Source: a bacterium (GTDB lineage: Bacteria > Bacteroidota > Ignavibacteria > Kapaibacteriales > Kapaibacteriaceae). From it: a stretch of 64,000 bases of DNA. The stretch is taken from NCBI GenBank assembly GCA_036840065.1, contig DAITZZ010000003.1, positions 28,378 through 92,377 on the forward strand, in the 5' to 3' direction. The notes below the pieces were generated by a model, which was not told the DNA's origin, did no database searches, and saw only the letters and a list, made by a program, of their open reading frames with translations. Position numbers and translations under genes: made by a program. Of the stretch, positions 1 through 9,301 are shown in pieces (the first letter of the stretch is position 1; each line of letters starts with the position of its first letter).

Positions 1-1305
1 AAACTCCAGCACCCAGTGGAACGAATATGTTCCCGCGAGCTGATCCAGTATGCCGCATCGGCGGGCGATCTCCGTCCGCAGAGCGCCACCGATCGTGCAG
101 GCCCGTTCCCACTCACCGGGGAAGAACAGCAGCAGGTCGCCATTGTCCGCACCAAGTGCAGCACAGAGCTGCGTGGCTTCATCACCGGCAAGCTGCTTGG
201 CAAACGAGCCAGAGATTTCGCCGTCGACCATTTTCAGCCAGGGAAGCCCCTTGGCTCCATACTTCTTGGCATGTTCCGTGAGCTCGTCGATCTGTTTGCG
301 CGAGAAGCCACCGCATGACTTGGCATTTACGGCCATGACGACTCCGCCATCGGCGACCGTTGTCGAGAAGATTCCAAAGGATGACTGCGCGGCCAGCTTC
401 GAAACGTCGGTCAGCTCAAGGCCATATCGGATATCGGGTTTGTCGGAGCCGTACCGACTGAGAGCTTCGTGAAAGCTCATGCGACGGAATGGTACCGCGA
501 CGTCGACGTTGAGGATCTCTTTCCACGCCGAGGCGATGAATCGTTCGGTGAGCGATAGAATGTCCTCCTGGGTGACGAATGACATCTCCACGTCGATCTG
601 TGTGAACTCCGGCTGACGATCAGCGCGCAGATCTTCATCACGGAAACACTTAACGATCTGCATGTACTTGTCGAAACCCGACACCATCAGAAGCTGCTTG
701 AACAGCTGCGGCGATTGAGGAAGGGCATAGAACCGTCCCTTATTCATGCGGCTCGGCACAAGAAAATCGCGGGCTCCTTCGGGGGTAGACTTTGTCAGAA
801 CGGGTGTCTCAACTTCGACGAATCCCTCCTGCTCGAAGAACCGGTGCGTGATCTGATAGAGCTTGTTGCGAACAAGGAAGTTCCTCTGCAGCGACGGCCG
901 GCGAAGGTCCAGATACCTGTGCGTGAGGCGCAGTTCTTCGTTCGTTGCCAGATCATCAACGATCTCAAATGGCGTCACCTCAGCAGCATTGATCACACCG
1001 ATATCGTCGGCCAGAACCTCAATAAGTCCCGTCGGGATGCGCGGGTTGGGATTCTCACGCAGACGGACCTTCCCTTTCACCCACAGCACGTACTCCGACC
1101 GCACAGGATCGATGGCCGATGCCAGGTCGGGCGAGTACGACGTGTCGACGACGACCTGCGTCAGACCATACCGGTCACGCAGATCGATAAAGATGACGCC
1201 TCCGTAATCGCGTCGGGCGTTGACCCAACCATTGAGCGTTACATGCGTGCCGTCATGTGATGGACGAAGCTCTCCGCAGGAGACTGTGCGCTTTTGAAAC
1301 TGCAT
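1..1305 (-). CDS. aspS: Aspartyl-tRNA synthetase, N-terminal ~435 aa; the gene runs off the left edge of the window
   Basis: Reverse-strand translation from the ATG at about 1305 gives MQFQKRTVSCGELR...NGWVNARRDYGGVIFIDLRDRYG...FRDEDLRADRQPEFTQID..., the class II AspRS anticodon-binding and catalytic core motifs. The reading frame is open to position 1 with no stop. It is absent from the ORF track because it has no in-window stop. Overlapping plus-strand ORFs (16..318, 715..1260 and others) are antisense artefacts. Confidence 0.9.
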   Translation of the reverse strand, partial: MQFQKRTVSCGELRPSHDGTHVTLNGWVNARRDYGGVIFIDLRDRYGLTQVVVDTSYSPDLASAIDPVRSEYVLWVKGKVRLRENPNPRIPTGLIEVLADDIGVINAAEVTPFEIVDDLATNEELRLTHRYLDLRRPSLQRNFLVRNKLYQITHRFFEQEGFVEVETPVLTKSTPEGARDFLVPSRMNKGRFYALPQSPQLFKQLLMVSGFDKYMQIVKCFRDEDLRADRQPEFTQIDVEMSFVTQEDILSLTERFIASAWKEILNVDVAVPFRRMSFHEALSRYGSDKPDIRYGLELTDVSKLAAQSSFGIFSTTVADGGVVMAVNAKSCGGFSRKQIDELTEHAKKYGAKGLPWLKMVDGEISGSFAKQLAGDEATQLCAALGADNGDLLLFFPGEWERACTIGGALRTEIARRCGILDQLAGTYSFHWVLEF

Positions 1306-1339
1306 GGTGGTTGTTTACGAGGGAAAGTGGACATGAAAA

Positions 1340-2386
1340 TTACGCATCGCCGACCTTGTTACCGGTGGTGGCCTTGATCATCTCATCAACCGCGCAGACG
1401 ATCTCTTCAACGGGAATCGTCTCGAGTGCGCCGCGGGTGGTGACGCACGGCCAGCATGGTGTGTCGTATGGGAACCACGGCATGATACCTCGCGAGTCCT
1501 GAGAAAAGAGCACAACCGATGGAACGCGGTAGGCCGCCGCGGCATGGACTGCAGATGTGTCCGGCGTTAGCAGCATGTCAGCCGAAGCAAGGCAGGCGGC
1601 AAACATGGCATACGACGTTTGTGGTTCGACAACGCTGACGCCTGTGGCCTGTCCGATCCGACGTGCCATTTCGGCATGCATGGGTGCCGACAGGATGCAG
1701 GGCTGCACACGTTCCGACTCTGGCCCGGCCCAGTGCTTGGAGATCTGACGAAGCAGTTCGATCATCTTGGTCTCGGGATACATGCGGTGAACATCCGAGC
1801 CGGAGATGTTGATGGCCAGAACGGGGCGCTGCGATCCGTCGCTCATGAGGCCGACAGCGGCAGCGCGCTGCGCATCAGTCAGAGGAAAGCTCAGCCGCAG
1901 ATCTTCGTCCCGAAGGTCGACGCCGAGCGGCCAGAGAAGCCGGGCAATGCGTTCGACGATATGCACACGGGTCTGATCAGCAAGCGGCACGACGTGCGTG
2001 TACACGCCGCGGTTGACCTTGTCGACGCCGATGGCCAGGCGCGGTTGGGCTCCTGAGATCAGCAGTGCCGAGGTCGAAGAGGCATTGTCCATGAGGTCGA
2101 TCACCAGGTCGTAGCTTCGACGTCTTAGAGTGCGTCGCAGCACGAGCAGGTGCAGAAGCGACTTACGAAAGACATGCACGTGATCGATCTCTGAATCAAT
2201 GGCCTGACGAACCGAGATGTTGTTTGTCGACATCACCATGTCGATCTCCGCTTCGGGAAGAAGTCGGCGCAGTGCCCGTATCACTGGCGTACTGACCAGC
2301 ACATCACCGATCCGATCTTGCCGAAGAAGCAGCACGCGGTGCAGCGAAGAACGCCCTACGACATCCTTCGCTTCTGCCACCAGCAT
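1340..2386 (-). CDS. Glycosyltransferase family 9 (LPS heptosyltransferase-like)
   Basis: The ORF track gives 1340..2590. The conserved GT9 N-terminus RVLLLRQDRIGDVLVSTPVIRALRR sits shortly after Met69 (MLVAEAKD...), which puts the likely start near 2386. A 2590 start would overlap the upstream GT1 gene by ~115 nt. The GT9 fold continues through ...SAVHAAAAYRVPSVVLF... Confidence 0.75.
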   Translation of the reverse strand: MLVAEAKDVVGRSSLHRVLLLRQDRIGDVLVSTPVIRALRRLLPEAEIDMVMSTNNISVRQAIDSEIDHVHVFRKSLLHLLVLRRTLRRRSYDLVIDLMDNASSTSALLISGAQPRLAIGVDKVNRGVYTHVVPLADQTRVHIVERIARLLWPLGVDLRDEDLRLSFPLTDAQRAAAVGLMSDGSQRPVLAINISGSDVHRMYPETKMIELLRQISKHWAGPESERVQPCILSAPMHAEMARRIGQATGVSVVEPQTSYAMFAACLASADMLLTPDTSAVHAAAAYRVPSVVLFSQDSRGIMPWFPYDTPCWPCVTTRGALETIPVEEIVCAVDEMIKATTGNKVGDA

Positions 2387-2474
2387 GGGCTCGCCACTGC
2401 GTCCTACGCGCGCATTGTACAGGCGCCGCACGGCTAACTCCAGACGTTTGATGAAGGTCTCTGCCACCGACGTC

Positions 2475-3611
2475 CTAACCGATGAGGTTTCGATAGACGT
2501 CGGCCGTGGCGCGAGCCGTTGCGTCCCATGTGAACATCTGACTGCGCGCCAGACCTGCTTCGCGCCGCTGTTGGACAAGGTCGTCGTCAACGATGCATTG
2601 CATCATCATGTCGGCGATCTGCTCAACATTTGTCGGATCGACATACAACGCCGCCTCCCCTCCGACTTCCGGGAGGGATGTCGTGCTTGAGGTGATCACC
2701 GGGCATCCGCAGCGCATGGCTTCCAGCACCGGAAGGCCGAAACCCTCGCCCAGTGTGGCAAAGGCCAGAGCGCGGGCTGACGACAGGATCTGGATCATGG
2801 CGCGTGTTGGTACGTCGGTAATGATGCGGATCGACGGGTCGCTTAACACCGAGCTGTTCTCTTGACGGAACCGAGTAACGGCCTCATCGCCCCCTGCCAT
2901 CATGAGAACGAACTCGGCATTCCTGCGCACCGACACCGGTAGCGTGCTCCAGGCATACATCATTCGATGCAGGTTCTTTCGCGGATCGACGCGTCCGACA
3001 AACAACACATATGGCCGATGAAGACCATAGGTGTTTCGCATATCATCCTGCATCGGAGTAGGCACAAACTCATCGCTCGCCGCAAGGGGCGTAACGGTGA
3101 TCGGCAGTCGGCACGCGGGAAAATACTCGTTGATGGTTCCGGCCACGTAGGCCGACGGACAGACGATCGCACTTGAGGCCGCAAGATGTCGACGCACCCG
3201 TCCGGGGAAACGTCTGGCCAGATATCCGTCGATGCCCATATTCGGATACATCGGGAATAGGTCATGGATCGTGGTCAGTATCGGCCGCTTCGACGGGATG
3301 ATCTTGCCCGGTGAGAGCAGATGCACCACATCGGCCTTCTGCGCGGCAAAGGAGAGCTTGCGTTGCCGCACAAGTCTCATCAGCGGACGCAGCGGAGCAC
3401 CCAGTCGACGCTCGTTGGGCAGGCAGTCGTCAACAAGTACACGACGATCAAGATCGAAATATTGCTGCACAGCGCAGCCATCATGCTCATTGACCACGAG
3501 CGTGCAGGTCAGGTCGGCCTGCGTCCGCAGAAGCGCATTGATAAGCTCACGCGAGTAGCGTTCGATTCCGCTGCGACCAAGGATGGTGCTGGCATCGAAC
3601 GCAATGTTCAT
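2475..3611 (-). CDS. Glycosyltransferase family 4 (GT-B, group 1)
   Basis: The C-terminal sugar-donor motif [20 protein letters not shown] and overall GT1/GT4 architecture. It is co-directional and adjacent to the GT9 gene. Confidence 0.8.
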   Translation of the reverse strand: MNIAFDASTILGRSGIERYSRELINALLRTQADLTCTLVVNEHDGCAVQQYFDLDRRVLVDDCLPNERRLGAPLRPLMRLVRQRKLSFAAQKADVVHLLSPGKIIPSKRPILTTIHDLFPMYPNMGIDGYLARRFPGRVRRHLAASSAIVCPSAYVAGTINEYFPACRLPITVTPLAASDEFVPTPMQDDMRNTYGLHRPYVLFVGRVDPRKNLHRMMYAWSTLPVSVRRNAEFVLMMAGGDEAVTRFRQENSSVLSDPSIRIITDVPTRAMIQILSSARALAFATLGEGFGLPVLEAMRCGCPVITSSTTSLPEVGGEAALYVDPTNVEQIADMMMQCIVDDDLVQQRREAGLARSQMFTWDATARATADVYRNLIG

Positions 3612-3639
3612 CGTACTGCGTGCTTTGAGCGCTTGCCGT

Positions 3640-3933
3640 TTAGGCTACTTCGTTGGCGACGTCGTAGGTGACGTTCGAGGCCAGCGCGTAGATCTTCTCG
3701 ATGGAGCCGGCGATTGAGGCAGTTGAGGCCGGATCATCAGAAGCCTCATAGGCGTCAGCATTCGGGTAGACATACACTTCCTGGAAGTGGTTGTGCTTAC
3801 CCTTGGTCTCGTATAAGGAGAACTGCACGTCAGAGCTCGCGTAGAAATCGCGAACGGAAGCAACCGCTGCGAGATACTCAGATCGCTTGCCGTCCGGAAT
3901 CGAATACGATACGCTGAAGAGAACTTTCGACAT
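3640..3933 (-). CDS. Small acidic hypothetical protein (~97 aa), unknown function
   Basis: The ORF is 3640..3963. The likely start is Met11 (MSKVLFSVSYSIPDGKRSEY...YVYPNADAYEASDDP...). It is wedged between the glycosyltransferase pair and pdhB on the same strand. No family is recognised from sequence; a small alpha+beta fold is plausible. Confidence 0.4.
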   Translation of the reverse strand: MSKVLFSVSYSIPDGKRSEYLAAVASVRDFYASSDVQFSLYETKGKHNHFQEVYVYPNADAYEASDDPASTASIAGSIEKIYALASNVTYDVANEVA

Positions 3934-4016
3934 GTACGAGTGCCCCGTTGTGAATGGTTGCAAAGTTACGGTTCAGGTCAGAGGTGCGTGCGTCCAACTT
4001 TTCAACACGACCTGAC

Positions 4017-4988
4017 TCAAAACGAACAAGTTTGACGAATCGTGTCCGCAATTGTCTCAGAATTTGGCAGCACGGCCTGCTCGAGCGTGGGGGCAAAGGG
4101 CGTTGGTGCGTCAAATGCCGCAACGCGTTTGACAGGCGCATCGAGGTAGGCGAACGCCTTATCGGCAATGCGTGCCGCGATCTCACCGCCGAAGCCGGCG
4201 GTGAGCACGGCCTCGTGGGCGATCACCGCACGATGTGTTTTGCGAACAGACTCAAGCACGGTTTCCTCATCAAACGGCACGAGCGTTCGAATGTCAACGA
4301 TCTCAACATCGATGCCCTCAGAGGCAAGCACATCTGCAGCAGCAAGCGCCATGTGAACCGCCGAACCGTAGCAGATCACGCTGCAGTGCGTTCCCGTACG
4401 CACCACACGGGCCTTGCCAAGAGGAACGATGTACTCCCCTTCCGGGACCTCACCTTTGATCTTGCGGTACAGACCCTTGTGCTCAAAGAACACCACGGGA
4501 TCATCATCACGCATCGACGCCGTCATCAGCCCCTTTGCGTCATCGGCAAATGCCGGACATACCACTTTGAGTCCGGTAGCATGGGCAAACCACGCTTCCG
4601 AATTGCGACTGTGAAAGGGATTGGCCCCTACGCCACCACCCGATGGTCCGCGCACCACCATCGGCACGGGTATCGACCACCGGTATGCTGTCGTGCCTGC
4701 AACGGTCACCAGCTGATTAAAACCGTTCGTCACGAAATCCATGAACTGCATTTCGGCAACCGGACGCATGCCGTTGAGCGCCGCGCCGATGGACGCACCG
4801 ATGATCGCTGATTCGCTGATCGGTGCATCGATCACTCTTTTTGCGCCGAACTCGTCGAGAAAACCTTTTGTGAGCTTGAACGCTCCTCCATAGGTACCGA
4901 TGTCCTCACCGATAAGAAAGACGCGCTCATCGCGGCGCATTTCAAGACGAATAGCATCGGCAATTGCCTCGAGGTAGGTCATTTGCAT
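4017..4988 (-). CDS. pdhB: 2-oxoacid (pyruvate/acetoin-type) dehydrogenase E1 component, beta subunit
   Basis: MQMTYLEAIADAIRLEMRRDERVFLIGEDIGTYGGAFKLTKGFLDEFGAKRVIDAPISESAI... is the canonical transketolase-like E1 beta N-terminus plus C-terminal domain. It starts 1 nt after the pdhA stop, indicating an operon. Confidence 0.9.
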   Translation of the reverse strand: MQMTYLEAIADAIRLEMRRDERVFLIGEDIGTYGGAFKLTKGFLDEFGAKRVIDAPISESAIIGASIGAALNGMRPVAEMQFMDFVTNGFNQLVTVAGTTAYRWSIPVPMVVRGPSGGGVGANPFHSRNSEAWFAHATGLKVVCPAFADDAKGLMTASMRDDDPVVFFEHKGLYRKIKGEVPEGEYIVPLGKARVVRTGTHCSVICYGSAVHMALAAADVLASEGIDVEIVDIRTLVPFDEETVLESVRKTHRAVIAHEAVLTAGFGGEIAARIADKAFAYLDAPVKRVAAFDAPTPFAPTLEQAVLPNSETIADTIRQTCSF

Positions 4989-4989
4989 A

Positions 4990-6021
4990 TCAGTGCTGCT
5001 CCCCTGCTGGCGTCATGAATACGTTTCGAAGTCCTTCCTCGGCCGCCGGCCACGGTCTTTCCAGAGCGCGGTCGATCGCCTCGATCATCTGCGACAGGAT
5101 CTCTGCGCGCATGGCCTCGGCATCGGCACGAGCGATCACACCGTCGGCGTCAAGCCGGTCGATGTATCTCTCGACAGGGTCCTTAGCCGACCATTCTGCG
5201 AGCATCTCCTTGGGCACATACGAGAAGTCGTCGTGCTCGGCGTGTCCGCGCATGCGCATGGTCACTGTCTCGATCAGCGACGGACCTTCGCCGCGCCGGG
5301 CGCGTTCGACGGCATCGAGACACGTAGCATAGACCAGCTCAACGTCGGTTCCGTCGATCGTTACACCATGCATGCCATAGCCGCGCGCCCGATCACTCAA
5401 GTGCTCGCAGGCAAACTCGAGCGAATTCGGTGTCGAGTATGCATACTGGTTGTTTTCAATGATCAGGATCAGCGGCAGCTTGTGTACCGAGGCAAAGTTC
5501 AGTGCCTCGTGTACTTCCCCGACCTGGGCGCCGCCATCACCGATGTAGGTCATCGACACGGTGGTGATTCCACGCATGGCATCGGCCATCGAGAATCCGG
5601 CAGCCACGGGAATCATCGCACCAAGATGCGAGACGTTGCCATAGATGCGCAGGGCAGGATCGGCATAATGTCCGGTACCATCTGTGCCGCGCATCTGACT
5701 TCCCTCGCGGGCAAGATGATTGATCATCAACTGATCGAGCGACTGACCAAAGACGAAGTGTCCACCGATGTTTCTGTGCATCGGGAACAGCACGTCGCGT
5801 GTCCGGTCAAGCGCCATCGCGCTGCCGACGCTGACGGCTTCATTGCCGAGCTGCGAATAGACTCCGCCAAAGGCCTTCCCCTGACGGTAGAGTCGAAGCA
5901 TTGCCGTGTCGAACTCACGGGCCATGAGCATGTATCGCAGCATCTGACTGCGCAGCGGACCCGGAACTGACTGTTCTTTCTTACGTGCCATGATCAGGTG
6001 TGAAGTGAGCAAAGAGGACAA
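4990..6021 (-). CDS. pdhA: 2-oxoacid dehydrogenase E1 component, alpha subunit (TPP-binding)
   Basis: YRQGKAFGGVYSQLGNEAVSVGSAMALDRTRDVLFPMHRNIGGHF...YIGDGGAQVGEVHEALNFASVHKLPLILIIENNQYA, the TPP-binding E1 alpha fold. Confidence 0.9.
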   Translation of the reverse strand: MSSLLTSHLIMARKKEQSVPGPLRSQMLRYMLMAREFDTAMLRLYRQGKAFGGVYSQLGNEAVSVGSAMALDRTRDVLFPMHRNIGGHFVFGQSLDQLMINHLAREGSQMRGTDGTGHYADPALRIYGNVSHLGAMIPVAAGFSMADAMRGITTVSMTYIGDGGAQVGEVHEALNFASVHKLPLILIIENNQYAYSTPNSLEFACEHLSDRARGYGMHGVTIDGTDVELVYATCLDAVERARRGEGPSLIETVTMRMRGHAEHDDFSYVPKEMLAEWSAKDPVERYIDRLDADGVIARADAEAMRAEILSQMIEAIDRALERPWPAAEEGLRNVFMTPAGEQH

Positions 6022-6027
6022 AAATAC

Positions 6028-6070
6028 GCAAGCCCCCTGCAGCCGAAGCTATCAGGGGGCGTGCAGAGCG
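6028..6070. terminator. GC-rich hairpin (GCCCCCTG...CAGGGGGC) between the cytochrome c gene and pdhA, with an A-run on the plus strand; probable terminator for the minus-strand cytochrome c gene
   Basis: Inverted repeat gccccctg / cagggggc seen directly in the intergenic sequence near 6040-6068, with an adjacent aaaaa tract on the appropriate side for a minus-strand transcript. Coordinates are approximate. Confidence 0.35.
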
Positions 6071-6090
6071 CATCGTGCTGGGGCACGATC

Positions 6091-6498
6091 TTACTTCTTC
6101 TTGTGCTTCTTGACGTCGGCTACCGTCACGATCGGACCGGAGTTGCCAAAACTGTTGTATACGTAGGTGACCACGGAAGCGATGTCCTCGTCGGTATACT
6201 TCTTTGGCAGCGGAGCCATTACACCATTGTACTCTTTACCGTTGACCTTGATCTTGCCACTCTTTCCGTTGACAATTTCCTTGATGATCTGCGGCATGGG
6301 CGTATTCTTCAGATAATCGCTCTTGGCAAGCGGCGGATAAACAGCCCCAAGTCCCTGTCCATTGGCCTGATGACATGTCTTGCAATACTCGGTGTAGACC
6401 TGCTGACCGCGCGCCATCAATTTTGCCTTGTCATTGGCCATCGATGCCTGTGCGGCAAAAACCAGAGCGATGACGGCGAAAACCATGAACCTGTTCAT
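6091..6498 (-). CDS. Class I c-type cytochrome (monoheme, secreted)
   Basis: Signal peptide MNRFMVFAVIALVFAAQASMA (start at Met16 of the 6091..6543 ORF). It has a single CXXCH (CKTCH) and a Met-containing distal ligand region (NGVMAPLP). It lies directly next to the cbb3 oxidase locus and is a likely electron donor. Confidence 0.8.
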   Translation of the reverse strand: MNRFMVFAVIALVFAAQASMANDKAKLMARGQQVYTEYCKTCHQANGQGLGAVYPPLAKSDYLKNTPMPQIIKEIVNGKSGKIKVNGKEYNGVMAPLPKKYTDEDIASVVTYVYNSFGNSGPIVTVADVKKHKKK

Positions 6499-6606
6499 AC
6501 CTGCCTGCTTCCCTGAAGAATGATTGTACATTGAACGGCACAAATATCGGACATCGTTGTCTGAAATACAAGAGTGCGCATCGGAGTGTCCTCAAACGGA
6601 TCGCAT

Positions 6607-7395
6607 TCATTTTCCACAGCAACCATTATGGACGTGCGCGCCATCCGATGCAATGAGCTTCGGTGACACGTACGGCACGTCTAACGACAGCCCCCTGAGC
6701 AAGACGACCATTCCTACTGCAAGCATCACATAAGCCAGCGTGGTTTGCAGACGCGGCTGCCAGGCCGTGGCAAGACGACGAAGGAGATTGCCGATGCCTA
6801 TGAGTGCCGGCAGAGTGACAATTCCGAACGATGCCAGAAAGATCATACGAAGCGGCAGGTCCGGAATGGTTGCCGACGCGATAACGGCCGACAATGAAAC
6901 CCCGCATGGCAGTAGCCCGTTTACGATGCCCATGACCAGTGGCCGAGCAACTGGGAGTTTTGCCGACGTGCGTGTGATATGCACACCCACGCGACGCATC
7001 ACACGCGCAAGCGGGCCAGGCACGCCTACATGTCCGCCAAAAATCTGCACGACAGCCAGGAGCAGTAACAGCGAACCGGATACGATCGAAACCGTTGATC
7101 CGAGAACGACGATTCGCAGTGCATCACTGGCAGCGCCCACAAGCAGGCCAAGGATAACGTAGGTAGAGATCCGGCCGATGTGATGCAGGACAAGGGCATT
7201 GCTTGCGGCAGAGCCCTGTTCGTTTCTGCCGACGAAGATGCTCATAAGTGGACCGCACATGCCAACGCAGTGAAGCCACGATGCGAGGCCGAGAGATGCG
7301 CCGGCGACCAGGACTTCGATCACGACTTCACCCGAACTACGGTATCGATCTGCAGGTCTTTCGACTGTGAGGTCCACCGCACTTCGAGACGCCAC
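6607..7395 (-). CDS. DsbD_2/TauE-SafE-like integral membrane protein with HCxxMCGP motif, associated with the cbb3 oxidase cluster
   Basis: Polytopic membrane protein with the motif WLHCVGMCGPL near the N-terminus, typical of the DsbD_2 / 'sulfite exporter TauE/SafE' family found at the end of Bacteroidota cco clusters. The true start is probably the GTG near 7323 (VVIEVLVAGAS...), overlapping the fixH stop by 2 nt. The track ORF start 7395 would overlap fixH by 76 nt. Confidence 0.6.
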   Translation of the reverse strand: MASRSAVDLTVERPADRYRSSGEVVIEVLVAGASLGLASWLHCVGMCGPLMSIFVGRNEQGSAASNALVLHHIGRISTYVILGLLVGAASDALRIVVLGSTVSIVSGSLLLLLAVVQIFGGHVGVPGPLARVMRRVGVHITRTSAKLPVARPLVMGIVNGLLPCGVSLSAVIASATIPDLPLRMIFLASFGIVTLPALIGIGNLLRRLATAWQPRLQTTLAYVMLAVGMVVLLRGLSLDVPYVSPKLIASDGAHVHNGCCGK

Positions 7396-7766
7396 ACTCC
7401 CGGCTTCAGGGCATCAGTCACCACCACGTAGCCACGTTCATCGGGCGCACGCAGAACCATTTCGCGATCGAGTGCCGGATCATCGGCACGACGAAACCGG
7501 AAGACCACATCACCGTCGACGCGTAGCTCCCGTGATGACAGGATGCGCAGCGAATCACCGTCATGTATGACACGGGCACCCAATGAGTAAGCGCGATATC
7601 GCGCAGCGGAGACCTCATCATGGCGCAGAGCATCCTCATAGTAGTGCTCACTGGTAAGGTCGACACGCTGCGTCATGGCAAAGCCGACGAAGGCCAGCGT
7701 GCCACAAGCGAACATTGCATAGACGATGACGATGTTGCGTCCCCAGGTGCTGACTGACTTGCTCAT
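7320..7766 (-). CDS. FixH/CcoH family cbb3 oxidase assembly protein
   Basis: N-terminal TM helix (RNIVIVYAMFACGTLAFVGFAMT) then a ~120 aa periplasmic domain. It sits between ccoG and the DsbD_2-like gene, which is the typical FixH position. Confidence 0.7.
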   Translation of the reverse strand: MSKSVSTWGRNIVIVYAMFACGTLAFVGFAMTQRVDLTSEHYYEDALRHDEVSAARYRAYSLGARVIHDGDSLRILSSRELRVDGDVVFRFRRADDPALDREMVLRAPDERGYVVVTDALKPGVWRLEVRWTSQSKDLQIDTVVRVKS

Positions 7767-7781
7767 GCTTGTGCTCTAAAG

Positions 7782-9275
7782 TTAGGGTCCGACAAAAGAT
7801 GTCTTCAATGACTGCACACCATCAGGTGTTTCGACATCGACAATGACCTGCATAGCCCCCTTTTCATGGAACTCTACATGGTCATCACGGTGGCTTTCTC
7901 TGCCGTCCTCCGATGCCGATTGCATCGTCAGGATAAACCGTGCGTTCACGATCTGCTCGCCCCGTAGAACACTCGGCAAGCCTAGTGACTGCAGACGCAT
8001 TCCACGGGGCTCGCGCACGCGGATCGAGACCGGCATCTTCTTGCTGGTCTTGTTGATGAGCCGAACCTGATAAAAGTTGGCAAGGCCCTGAGGCGTCTGC
8101 ACCCATGTACTGCCGGCTTGACGAAGGATAACAACATCGAGCGACGAGCGCATTGCAAACAGAGTTACGACCGTGCACATAAGCACAAGCCAGACGATCC
8201 CGTAGGCAACGATGCGACGGGTAAGAAACGACTGGCGTTTGCCACTGCGGATGGACGTCAAACTGTCGTAGCGGATAAGTCCGCGATCAAGCCCGACCTT
8301 ATCCATGACCTCGTCACAGGCATCGATGCAGGCCGTGCAACCGACGCACTCAAGTTGAATGCCATTTCGGATGTCGATACCTGTGGGACAGACCGTCACG
8401 CACTGATGGCAGTCGAGGCAGTCACCCGATCCGGCAGGACGTGCAAATGTCTGGCCGCTTGCCAGTGCCGCTCGCTGAGCCGCAACATCCTCACGCGACC
8501 ATTTCGTGCGGTCCTCACCGCGGACATGATCGTACGAGACGGTAACGGTTTTGTCATCGACCAGCGCCGACATATACCGGCCGTAAGGACAGGCGATCAG
8601 ACAGGCCTGCTCACGGAACCGGTAAAAGACCATGAAGAACACGCCAGTGAAGAAGACCAATCCACCAAACAGCTCGACGTGTGCCATCGGGCCGTCGGCG
8701 ATATATCTCAGCAGAACATCGCTGGAGATCACATACGACAGGAATGTGTTGGCGATAACAAAACTCAACGCGAAGAAGATCACGAACTTGCCCCCTGTCC
8801 GCATGATGCGATCGGCATTCCACGGTCCGGCATGACGCCTGGCCTGCTCCACCGGTGATCCCTCAACCAGCCATTCGATTTTGCGGAAGACCATCTCCAT
8901 GAAGACCGTCTGCGGGCATAACCAGCCGCACCAGATACGTCCCAGACTTGCCGTGGCGATCACAAACGTCACGATGGTGGTCAGGAACATCAACGTCACA
9001 AGGTAGAAGTCACTCGGCCAGAAAGGAAAGCCGAAGAACACGAACTTTCGATCGATGATGTTCAGCAGCATGAACTGATGACCATCGACTTTCACGTACG
9101 GGGCGAGCATAAGGAATGCCAGCAGCACCACGCTGACGATGTTACGCCAGCGCGTGTAACGTCCACGCGGCTTGCGCGCATAGATCCACCGTCGGCGTCC
9201 GTCGGGACGGATACTGGCCAGTTCGGCACGAAAACGCTCGTGATCGTCGATGGTCGATATGTCGATGATTGCCAT
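7782..9275 (-). CDS. ccoG: Cytochrome c oxidase accessory protein CcoG/FixG (polyferredoxin)
   Basis: Two 4Fe-4S motifs, CLDCHQCVTVCPTGIDIRNGIQLECVGCTACIDACDEVM. TM helices precede and follow them. The length (497 aa) fits CcoG. Confidence 0.9.
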   Translation of the reverse strand: MAIIDISTIDDHERFRAELASIRPDGRRRWIYARKPRGRYTRWRNIVSVVLLAFLMLAPYVKVDGHQFMLLNIIDRKFVFFGFPFWPSDFYLVTLMFLTTIVTFVIATASLGRIWCGWLCPQTVFMEMVFRKIEWLVEGSPVEQARRHAGPWNADRIMRTGGKFVIFFALSFVIANTFLSYVISSDVLLRYIADGPMAHVELFGGLVFFTGVFFMVFYRFREQACLIACPYGRYMSALVDDKTVTVSYDHVRGEDRTKWSREDVAAQRAALASGQTFARPAGSGDCLDCHQCVTVCPTGIDIRNGIQLECVGCTACIDACDEVMDKVGLDRGLIRYDSLTSIRSGKRQSFLTRRIVAYGIVWLVLMCTVVTLFAMRSSLDVVILRQAGSTWVQTPQGLANFYQVRLINKTSKKMPVSIRVREPRGMRLQSLGLPSVLRGEQIVNARFILTMQSASEDGRESHRDDHVEFHEKGAMQVIVDVETPDGVQSLKTSFVGP

Positions 9276-9301
9276 GATTCAGTCAATGTTGTTGCCGATG
9301 A

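Noticed and set aside
715-1260. Plus-strand ORFs of 100-181 aa (16..318, 50..472, 715..1260, 863..1207) across the first 1.3 kb
   Set aside because: They are antisense to a clear aspartyl-tRNA synthetase reading frame on the minus strand and have Arg-rich, low-complexity translations. aspS is missing from the track only because it has no in-window stop.
8118-8858. Long plus-strand ORFs inside the cco locus (8118..8858, 11134..11748, 11989..12552, 13873..14424, 14858..15391)
   Set aside because: All are antisense to well-supported cco genes and have biased, motif-free translations.
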